Positions 18,679 through 25,642 of a stretch of 25,992 bases of DNA are shown piece by piece. The stretch lies in sequence record MT446416.1; one strand, 5' to 3'. Each line of letters starts with the position of its first letter. Position 1 is the stretch's first letter. The notes under the pieces are model-generated. The model made no database searches and was not told where the DNA came from. It worked only from the letters and a program-made list of their open reading frames with translations. Position numbers and translations under genes: made by a program.

Positions 18679-18935
18679 GGGAATATCTCCAGAGGAACAC
18701 TCGTAAATCCAAAATCAGTGTAGAACTGTACCTCTACTTTACCATCGAGCTTAATGATTATATCTGAAAATTCTGCATGATCGTTGTTGATAATTACAGT
18801 ACTGAATTTTTCTTTAATCCTCTCACGCACAGTATTAATCATTTCAATACATGTATTTTCTAAAAATATACTATTATTTTTATCTGCTAGGTCACGAATG
18901 CACTTGAATGTTAATTGGAAATCTTTATAATTCAT
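18675..18935 (-). CDS. QFTYK-family paralogue
   Basis: DFQLTFKCI...IIKLDGKVEV. Confidence 0.75.
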   Translation of the reverse strand: MNYKDFQLTFKCIRDLADKNNSIFLENTCIEMINTVRERIKEKFSTVIINNDHAEFSDIIIKLDGKVEVQFYTDFGFTSVPLEIFP

Positions 18936-19201
18936 ATATTCACCAAATCAACAGAGAATAAGTCGTTATCAAATTTATATGAAAGTACTAATCTACCATC
19001 AAAACTATCGACACTAAGTATCTTTCGTTTTTTCCCATTAATGAAAATTTCAGTATCAATAAAATACTCACGTAATTCTTCTAGGTAATTTGACCATAAT
19101 TTATGAGTAAACGCATATTTATTAATTGTGTTAGTACTTCTGTGATTATGGTGTAATTTAAATAATTCCATATAAGTGAATTGTATATGTTTGTAATTCA
19201 T
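18932..19201 (-). CDS. QFTYK-family paralogue
   Basis: HIQFTYMELF...VDSFDGRLVL. Confidence 0.75.
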   Translation of the reverse strand: MNYKHIQFTYMELFKLHHNHRSTNTINKYAFTHKLWSNYLEELREYFIDTEIFINGKKRKILSVDSFDGRLVLSYKFDNDLFSVDLVNI

Positions 19202-19213
19202 ATTTCCCCTTAC

Positions 19214-19242
19214 AAAAATAGCCCGAACTTATGTCGGGCTAT
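19214..19242 (-). terminator. intrinsic terminator
   Basis: ATAGCCCGA-cataagt-TCGGGCTAT followed by TTTT. Confidence 0.85.
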
Positions 19243-19247
19243 ATGTG

Positions 19248-19865
19248 TTATTCATCGTCATCATCATCGTCGTCGAGATCTAGGTAAATGCCATCATCAC
19301 CATCATCGAAGTACTCAACCACTACACCAGGAATGTTCAGTGCTGTGAACATCGCATCATATTTTTCATCAGATGGGATAAGAACAAACTCATCAATACT
19401 TTGAATTTCAGGCATACGATCTTCAGGAATACCCATTTGCAACAAGGATTGGATGATTTTTTCCTTGTATTCTAGGAACTTCTCTTCTGATTCGAAATCC
19501 ATAATAAGTTGTGCTACATAACCATCTTCGTTACCAAATGCGATTGACATTTGTGCATCAGTACCGACATATGACCATGTACGCTTGCCAGTATTTTTCT
19601 CAATGAAGTTCTGAATTTCAAGAACGATTTCATGACGAGAACTATTGGCAATGTTGTTAAGGTTAGCAACACCAGCAATAATTTCTGAACTATCATTGGA
19701 TTCTTCGAATGTACCATAGTCACCTAATACATATTGAACACCATCACAATGTAATGCATATGCATAATCCAAATCAGCAAGTGAATCACACTTACCACGG
19801 ATTGGGCGTAGGGAAAGCCCTAGGCGAAGATAACGAAAGTATGTATTAGTATTTGTATTTGTCAA
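19248..19865 (-). CDS. acidic protein with a poly-Asp C-terminal tail
   Basis: Ends DDGDDGIYLDLDDDDDDDE; probable TTG start 19865 behind TAAGGAG. Confidence 0.75.
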   Translation of the reverse strand: MTNTNTNTYFRYLRLGLSLRPIRGKCDSLADLDYAYALHCDGVQYVLGDYGTFEESNDSSEIIAGVANLNNIANSSRHEIVLEIQNFIEKNTGKRTWSYVGTDAQMSIAFGNEDGYVAQLIMDFESEEKFLEYKEKIIQSLLQMGIPEDRMPEIQSIDEFVLIPSDEKYDAMFTALNIPGVVVEYFDDGDDGIYLDLDDDDDDDE

Positions 19866-20133
19866 CGTAATGCTCCTTAACAATATAAAAGTAGTTGCTG
19901 TTGTTGTCAAAAAAGATGACTAATCCTTTGTAGACATTTACACCAATCTTGATTTGGCATATTTTATTCGATTTACAAGCCTCAGTCAATAACATCTTGT
20001 GCTCTTTACTGAAAGTGTGGAATAGTGGTTTTACATGCCACATCTCCACACCATCTAGTACTGGAAAATGTTCACTGAATTTGATCATTGATTCTTGTAA
20101 AAAATAACCTGTTAGATTCGAATCATCAGACAT
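19846..20133 (-). CDS. hypothetical protein
   Basis: Likely start ATG 20133 overlapping the upstream stop. Confidence 0.7.
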   Translation of the reverse strand: MSDDSNLTGYFLQESMIKFSEHFPVLDGVEMWHVKPLFHTFSKEHKMLLTEACKSNKICQIKIGVNVYKGLVIFFDNNSNYFYIVKEHYVDKYKY

Positions 20134-20419
20134 GTAAGTTCGCCAGGAAGTCAATTACTTCTTCATGTGTTAACTTATCACTACGCTCTAGAACATTGAT
20201 GATGAATGGTGTTTGACTATATAATTCAGCCAGAAACGCAACTTCATCAGATGTATAAGAATATCCCATAGGAACAACTTGTGCAGTCCAGTTTCCTAAA
20301 GTTTTGTTTGCAATGATTGCAACCACCGTATTACCTTTGAATTCAACATGGATTGAACGGAAACCCGAATCCTCATTCTGATCCCAAAGTACTGGGTTAG
20401 TTTTAAACAGTACTGACAT
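20126..20419 (-). CDS. hypothetical protein
   Basis: 97-aa ORF with GAGG SD. Confidence 0.75.
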   Translation of the reverse strand: MSVLFKTNPVLWDQNEDSGFRSIHVEFKGNTVVAIIANKTLGNWTAQVVPMGYSYTSDEVAFLAELYSQTPFIINVLERSDKLTHEEVIDFLANLHV

Positions 20420-20421
20420 AG

Positions 20422-20955
20422 TTATTTCCTCATGTATTTTATTACATCTTCAAATAGTTTAGTTTTCAGTGCATCATCATTACCAGGTAGAAAAGTACTG
20501 AAGCTATTAAAATCTTCATTCTTGGCAAACTCACGCATCTGTGTGGAACTGTAGCGACTTACATTTCGGTCAATTCCAGCTTGAACTGCCTTGATTGAAC
20601 AAAAATTATATAACTTCCCATTGTACGTGTCAAGCGTTTTTTGGAATGGTTCAAGTCTGTCTGAACCACATATGAAAAGAACATCTAAGTACTTTCCATC
20701 CAGTTCTCTCATTATATCAAACAGATTATCTTCTGTATAGATATTTTCTTGTACAGATGGGTAAAATCCTTCTGTATAGTACATTTTCAGTTCAGGAGGT
20801 AATGGGTTTTTGACGGCATCAGTACTGGTACTAAGGAATATTTTCAAATCAGCATTGTACTGTTCTTGTAGTGCTTGGGCTTTTTCAAACACTAAACCAT
20901 GTCCATTGTGGACTGGGTTACATCTCATGAATGTCACTACGCATGTTTCTTTCAT
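20422..20955 (-). CDS. cytidylyltransferase-like (HxGH) nucleotidyltransferase
   Basis: RCNPVHNGH, KNPL, GSDR, SSTQMR motifs of the CTP_transf-like family; substrate unknown. Confidence 0.8.
   Translation of the reverse strand: MKETCVVTFMRCNPVHNGHGLVFEKAQALQEQYNADLKIFLSTSTDAVKNPLPPELKMYYTEGFYPSVQENIYTEDNLFDIMRELDGKYLDVLFICGSDRLEPFQKTLDTYNGKLYNFCSIKAVQAGIDRNVSRYSSTQMREFAKNEDFNSFSTFLPGNDDALKTKLFEDVIKYMRK
20605..20633 (-). promoter_or_regulatory. perfect sigma70 consensus promoter inside the nucleotidyltransferase CDS
   Basis: TTGACA cgtacaatgggaagtta (17 nt) TATAAT. Confidence 0.55.
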
Positions 20956-21476
20956 ATGTTCTTCATCACCTGACCAAGAGATTTAAGATAGTTGATTTTA
21001 GCTGGAGTCAAATACTTATCCAGTACTATTAAACAACTAGGGAATGGAGCACTGTCCGTCTTTTTATCTGGTTCTTCAGGGATACCGAATTTTAAGCGAC
21101 CTTTTATAAAACAAATACAGTCGCATTCTTTTGATGCATAGTTCTGAAACGCAACCGTATCGGTACGTGAAGGTACAAGTATCAGTACTGTAGCACCTTT
21201 GTTATATGCATCAACTGCCTTAGATAACCACGTTTTCAAATCACTGTACGGTGGGTTGAGCCACACGATATTGTTTCCCCAGTCCTGTTCAAGTGAATTG
21301 TCTTCTGGTGTAAAGAACTTATCACACAATGCTGTTTCTTTAACACATGCTGCATCTAGTGTAAATTCCCAGAGTTCATCCAAATCTTCAAAGAAATCCT
21401 TTGGAGTAGTCCAGTTATCTTTTCCAGTACTGAAATGTACTGATTGTTTTTTCTTCGAAGCATCCTTCTTCGACAT
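20952..21476 (-). CDS. phage Dam-family DNA N6-adenine methyltransferase (PF05869-like)
   Basis: WTTP..FF, FTLDAAC, WLNPPY, LVPSRTDT, FIKGRLKF; target specificity cannot be read from the sequence. Confidence 0.9.
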   Translation of the reverse strand: MSKKDASKKKQSVHFSTGKDNWTTPKDFFEDLDELWEFTLDAACVKETALCDKFFTPEDNSLEQDWGNNIVWLNPPYSDLKTWLSKAVDAYNKGATVLILVPSRTDTVAFQNYASKECDCICFIKGRLKFGIPEEPDKKTDSAPFPSCLIVLDKYLTPAKINYLKSLGQVMKNI

Positions 21477-21492
21477 ACATAATTTCCTTTGA

Positions 21493-22038
21493 TTATAGAC
21501 AGTTAAGTACTATGTCATCAAAAGTACTACTGTCAATGTTGTATTCATATAAAAATTTAAAATGTGATCCATAACGCATCATCAGATTAAACTCTTCTTC
21601 AGTATTAAATTTGTAATCATGAAGAGTTTCAAGGGTACATGTTAAACCTAAAAACTCAATAATTTCTGATGTTACATCATTTCCTGAATTGAAGTATTTA
21701 ACCCAAACACATTTTCCTTGTGGGTTGAATTTTCTATATTCTCCTTCTAGTTCTCCATTGACGATATGTGCTTTCGCACTGATTAGATTATTACTATAAC
21801 GCTCTTCGTAGTAGTTCCCATAACGAGCTTTAAGAATTGTAGGCTTCTTGGTTGGGAATAACTTAATGGAAGTTAATTCAAAACCGCACTGCAACTCTTT
21901 GATGTACGAAATACATCCCTTTTCTTTAATCACAACAAAACCAGTAAAATTCTCCTGGTCTTGGTTCTGATTGTCTGAATCAACAAATTCTAGTGTTTTA
22001 TAAGTGACGCTTTTAGATTTTTTAATAAATGACATCAT
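21493..22038 (-). CDS. hypothetical protein with a MORN-like repeat and an EEEFNL motif
   Basis: NGELEGEYRKFNPQG; start moved to ATG 22038 behind AGGA. Confidence 0.7.
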   Translation of the reverse strand: MMSFIKKSKSVTYKTLEFVDSDNQNQDQENFTGFVVIKEKGCISYIKELQCGFELTSIKLFPTKKPTILKARYGNYYEERYSNNLISAKAHIVNGELEGEYRKFNPQGKCVWVKYFNSGNDVTSEIIEFLGLTCTLETLHDYKFNTEEEFNLMMRYGSHFKFLYEYNIDSSTFDDIVLNCL

Positions 22039-22094
22039 TATTCCTATGGAAACATCAATGACTGTCCATGGCGTTGACTTCATCAACACCAGTC

Positions 22095-22125
22095 GAATTA
22101 TACACGCTTCGCATGTATAATTCAA
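22095..22125. promoter_or_regulatory. 13-bp hairpin containing a sigma70-like promoter on each strand
   Basis: GAATTATACACGC-ttc-GCATGTATAATTC; minus strand TTGAAT-17-TATAAT, plus strand TCGAAT-17-TATAAT. Confidence 0.55.
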
Positions 22126-22129
22126 CGAA

Positions 22130-22656
22130 AGTACTATGATTTGTTTTAATTAATATTGACGGGGTTTGCTTGAGCATATTTCATCCCCCCGCAGGGGAAA
22201 GAACAAAAAAGTTTGACGCTGGTGGCCTTCACATAGTTCATATCACGAATTCTCTTACGAGGCGAAAGCGGGTTGCTCTGTTTCTCTCTATCGCGGTTCT
22301 TGTAGCAACGGTCGTCGGTCTTAAACATCCCGACACATAATACAAATACCATATGACCAGTACTTGTATTTGATTTCACGAATTTTGGACGCAACTATTT
22401 TGTATAAATTACGACCGCAAATTTCTCATGAAATCTCCCTTAGATAATTGGTAAGGTGCGATCCTTATATGTCTATCGAGGAACTCTCTTTATCCTATTG
22501 GAGTTCTTTATACAGCCGCATTGCCGTGAGTGGTTCAAACTATGCCATCATCTAACGGGTTTCATTTGCTGTTCGTACTGAAAGGACTACTCATCTACCC
22601 TCTACTTTTCGAGTGGATTAGGCTTCAATCATTTCCATATGGAACCTTTCAGGATT
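22130..22656. ncRNA. candidate structured non-coding RNA or origin-like region, family not recognised
   Basis: Longest gene-free stretch, visibly more GC-rich, several hairpins, flanked by promoters. Confidence 0.4.
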
Positions 22657-22690
22657 AAAAAAAGGTGACAACATATTCTGCTGTCACCTT
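22657..22690 (-). terminator. intrinsic terminator overlapping a promoter start site
   Basis: AAGGTGACA-11 nt-TGTCACCTT followed by a T run. Confidence 0.8.
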
Positions 22691-22692
22691 AC

Positions 22693-22718
22693 ATTATATC
22701 ATAAACTTATGGTATGTC
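22693..22718 (-). promoter_or_regulatory. promoter GACA-N16-TATAAT with TGn extended -10
   Basis: Minus strand GAGACA taccataagtttaTGA TATAAT. Confidence 0.65.
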
Positions 22719-23582
22719 TCAGTTGTATTCTGTTTTTTCAGTGAAATTCGTTAAGATATCTGCACTTAAGCTTCTCATAACCTCAATCTTACTTGGCATG
22801 AACCTGTGCTTGTTTTTTACATACAACTCATCATCTTCAATGAAAGATGTGAACATGAATACCATATCTTCACGTGGAATTGAGAGAATATTACAGTTTT
22901 CATTTTCAGTAACAGGGGAATCCCCGTAGTACTTAGAGAATGCAGTACTTTGACGACCGATTATGATAGAATTTCGGATTAGAAAATTACTACAGTACTG
23001 AAAATCTTTGTAGTACTTGTCAAGGATATATGGCATTATCGCTTCTTTCACTTCTTCATATCCATTTGAACTATCAATTTCAGTACAATAATCTTCTCGG
23101 TCTTTTTTCCCTCGATGATTATCAAACTCGTACTCAAAGAATAAATTTTTATTTGATGAATCTGAATCATTTAAACCAACTGATCCACTATAGTATGAAT
23201 TTCGTGAATTTCTATCCTTCATTCGATCATCCGGGCATGATGCATACATAGAAATGTCATGTGTTGACGTACCGATATAAATTTTCTTAGTAATGTGATT
23301 GTACGCGATGTAATCATAATCTTGTACTCCAGTGAGCATTAACTGGAACATCAATTCATCAGGAACATCAATTAACGGGTACTCAAACTTCGAATATCTA
23401 CTACGACAGAAATTCTTTTCAAATGCTCGGTGTGCGATGAAATCTTTTAGATTTGTAATAGATTCATGCTCATGTGTATTACTGGTGCGTACATTGACAT
23501 TAGTAGACGAGCAATACCCTTCAGATTCTTCTGCGTAGACATAAAAACCCTTACTGTAGTCAACGATTAGATAAAGTTTCAT
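22719..23582 (-). CDS. hypothetical protein with a DELMFQL motif
   Basis: 287-aa ORF with GGAG SD. Confidence 0.8.
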   Translation of the reverse strand: MKLYLIVDYSKGFYVYAEESEGYCSSTNVNVRTSNTHEHESITNLKDFIAHRAFEKNFCRSRYSKFEYPLIDVPDELMFQLMLTGVQDYDYIAYNHITKKIYIGTSTHDISMYASCPDDRMKDRNSRNSYYSGSVGLNDSDSSNKNLFFEYEFDNHRGKKDREDYCTEIDSSNGYEEVKEAIMPYILDKYYKDFQYCSNFLIRNSIIIGRQSTAFSKYYGDSPVTENENCNILSIPREDMVFMFTSFIEDDELYVKNKHRFMPSKIEVMRSLSADILTNFTEKTEYN

Positions 23583-23594
23583 ATATCTCCAGAC

Positions 23595-23628
23595 AAAAAA
23601 AAGGACGAGATATTATATCCAGTCCTTT
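23595..23628 (-). terminator. intrinsic terminator with TATAAT in its loop
   Basis: AAAGGAC-tggatataatatctc-GTCCTTT followed by a T run. Confidence 0.7.
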
Positions 23629-23634
23629 GGTTTA

Positions 23635-23940
23635 TTAGTGGCTTGCCCAGCAGTAAACAGGACGTAGATTTTCCATTGGGTTTACTTCAGGCTTCAGTAC
23701 TGTAACACGAACTTCATACGGAGTACCATCTGCATGATGGAACGTTTCGTAATGAATACTCTCAATGAAGGTTTCATATTCTTCTTGAGAACGTGAACGA
23801 ACTGATGGGGAATATTTCTTTTTGGTATCTGATTTTAGCGTAACACTTACTAGTTCTGTTTCTTCACCTTCTTCAAGTTTATTGAAATCGAACTCTGGTA
23901 CACCTTCAAACATATCAAATTTCATTCCGTTGTCTTCCAT
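23635..23940 (-). CDS. hypothetical protein
   Basis: 101-aa ORF with AAGGA SD. Confidence 0.8.
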   Translation of the reverse strand: MEDNGMKFDMFEGVPEFDFNKLEEGEETELVSVTLKSDTKKKYSPSVRSRSQEEYETFIESIHYETFHHADGTPYEVRVTVLKPEVNPMENLRPVYCWASH

Positions 23941-23991
23941 TTTAAATTCCTTTTTATATAATGTTAGTTAGATAGTTTTTAATAAATCAGA

Positions 23992-24378
23992 TTAGATTAC
24001 GTCATACGGTAGAGTACCGTGACGGAATTTATCAAGTTGTGCAAGAACTTCTTTACGTTCGACAATCTCTGGCACATCTTCTTGCAGTTGGTCACATACT
24101 TCAACGATGAAATCCCAATCGCTCTCACAACTCACACGTACTGCTTCAATTGTTTTCCAATCAGCACTAATTTCACCTTCAGGATTTACATACGAAGGCC
24201 ATACCTTTCCATAGTCTTGTACTGATTTGTCGTTAAGAACACGAATAGCATTGAAAATCTGTCCAGTACTGAAGTGTTTAGTATTCTTCATGTCTTCTAA
24301 GCAACATAGCTTAGGTTCACCCTGGACTTCAATCAGAAGTACACCACCAATCGCTTTTAGAACAGAACTTGTATTCAT
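23992..24378 (-). CDS. hypothetical protein with its own promoter
   Basis: 128-aa ORF with GGAG SD. Confidence 0.8.
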   Translation of the reverse strand: MNTSSVLKAIGGVLLIEVQGEPKLCCLEDMKNTKHFSTGQIFNAIRVLNDKSVQDYGKVWPSYVNPEGEISADWKTIEAVRVSCESDWDFIVEVCDQLQEDVPEIVERKEVLAQLDKFRHGTLPYDVI

Positions 24379-24413
24379 CTATATCTCCATTTATCAAAAA
24401 AAAAGATGTGAAC

Positions 24414-24439
24414 ATTATATCACAAGGAATTGTTATGTC
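24414..24439 (-). promoter_or_regulatory. promoter GACA-N16-TATAAT with TGn extended -10 and a TGTGA-N8-TCACA palindrome
   Basis: Minus strand TGGACA taacaattccttgTGA TATAAT gtTCACATC followed by T9. Confidence 0.7.
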
Positions 24440-24451
24440 CACAATATTTTA

Positions 24452-24745
24452 TCAAATAGTCAAACTTTCGTGCCAGTTATTGAAATCGTTAATAGCCAGC
24501 ATAAACATATTCTCATCATTAAATTCTAGAATATGTTCATTGTATAAGTAGCTAATGTACTTATTACTACAGTGTTTGCTATTCATAATTAGCATTTCAA
24601 CTGCACGTTCATACGAACATGGGCTGAGATACAATTTTGTTCCATCAGGATGCTCAATCTCCACTGCACCAGGTGGAATAAAACGTTCACCAGTATAAGG
24701 GATATACGGTTCTGTTTTGAAAATAAGTTTGAATTTAGTATCCAT
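24452..24745 (-). CDS. hypothetical protein
   Basis: 97-aa ORF with GGAGG SD. Confidence 0.75.
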   Translation of the reverse strand: MDTKFKLIFKTEPYIPYTGERFIPPGAVEIEHPDGTKLYLSPCSYERAVEMLIMNSKHCSNKYISYLYNEHILEFNDENMFMLAINDFNNWHESLTI

Positions 24746-24761
24746 ACCAAATCCTCCATAA

Positions 24762-25619
24762 TTACATTGTTTCTTTTATGTTGCACAACATAGTATTAAC
24801 TATGTTCATCTTCCCGCCTAACTTGAAGTAATATTCCAATTTATTAATAATATTACTTTTTAATATCTCAAATAGTTGATATTCATTTGTTTCGAAACCA
24901 AGTTCGAATTGAAAAGTATATAAATTGTTGAATAGATGTACTAAAGATGCATCCGGTGAATGCATTGTAAATGTGTAGTTGGCACGATAACCAGTACTAA
25001 TCACTACTTCTGATATATCACCTTTCATGTATATGTCAATATTGTACATCATTGGTCTGCCTGTTGCAATATCTTTCATGCGAAAGAATGCAGTGCTACG
25101 ATAAACAACACCTTCTTCTGTAACTTTTTCTTGAATAGTGATATTTGAAACGTCACTCTCTTTGAATTTGGACTCGAATGAATGTGTGTAGCTTGTTTTT
25201 TCATTATCCGCGTGCATAGTACATGTGTACTTTCCAAAATCATCTCTAGATGTATATGATTTATCACTGGCGGTTTTATAGAACGAAACCCCATTGATGT
25301 GTTCTTCTTTGTACATCATAGTGTCATTGGATTTGTAGTATGAACAATTAGGTGTTGAAAGAGATTCAAAAATGTTCACATCATGACAGTAAGAAATAGA
25401 AGAATCGCTATACAGTACTACATCACGAATTGCAACTTCTTTTGAAGTACCTTTTTTGACAGAAATTTGAAAGTCATTGCATGGGAAGATTCTATATCCA
25501 TCGTATGTATCTGATGTACTGATGCCAAATGGTGTTGGGGAATTTAGAAATTCGTTGATATGTTCAAGTACTGAATACTTTTTGAAATTGCGAAAGTCAG
25601 TGCTATCTAACATATACAA
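24762..25619 (-). CDS. hypothetical protein
   Basis: 285-aa ORF with GGAG SD. Confidence 0.8.
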   Translation of the reverse strand: MYMLDSTDFRNFKKYSVLEHINEFLNSPTPFGISTSDTYDGYRIFPCNDFQISVKKGTSKEVAIRDVVLYSDSSISYCHDVNIFESLSTPNCSYYKSNDTMMYKEEHINGVSFYKTASDKSYTSRDDFGKYTCTMHADNEKTSYTHSFESKFKESDVSNITIQEKVTEEGVVYRSTAFFRMKDIATGRPMMYNIDIYMKGDISEVVISTGYRANYTFTMHSPDASLVHLFNNLYTFQFELGFETNEYQLFEILKSNIINKLEYYFKLGGKMNIVNTMLCNIKETM

Positions 25620-25642
25620 TCTCCATAAATTTGGACAAAAAA

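Larger units (their letters stand above)
993..25572. repeat. dispersed, highly over-represented palindrome AGTACT (extended form CAGTACTG)
   Basis: About 73 copies by manual count, e.g. 993, 1305, 2143, 2177, 2200, 2290, 7168, 7192, 7204, 20821, 21022, 21184, 21426, 22928, 22944, 22994, 23012. Confidence 0.9.

Noticed and set aside
19250-19275. TCA/TCG trinucleotide microsatellite
   Set aside because: It simply encodes the poly-Asp tail
20952-21476. A ScaI-type restriction-modification system
   Set aside because: M.ScaI is an N4-cytosine enzyme of a different family and no cognate restriction gene is adjacent
22146-22394. 82-aa TTG-start ORF inside the non-coding region
   Set aside because: No SD, atypical composition, and it coincides with hairpin-rich sequence; a leader peptide is not fully excluded
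22130-22656. Group I intron, RNase P, tmRNA or tRNA identity for the structured region
   Set aside because: No P7/R-S elements, no GAGGAAAGUCC, no TpsiC cloverleaf or CCA end, and no interrupted gene around it
993-25572. AGTACT sites as a CRISPR array, tandem repeat or amino-acid artefact
   Set aside because: Spacing is irregular, flanks are not conserved beyond a C/G bias, and sites occur in all three frames and in non-coding DNA
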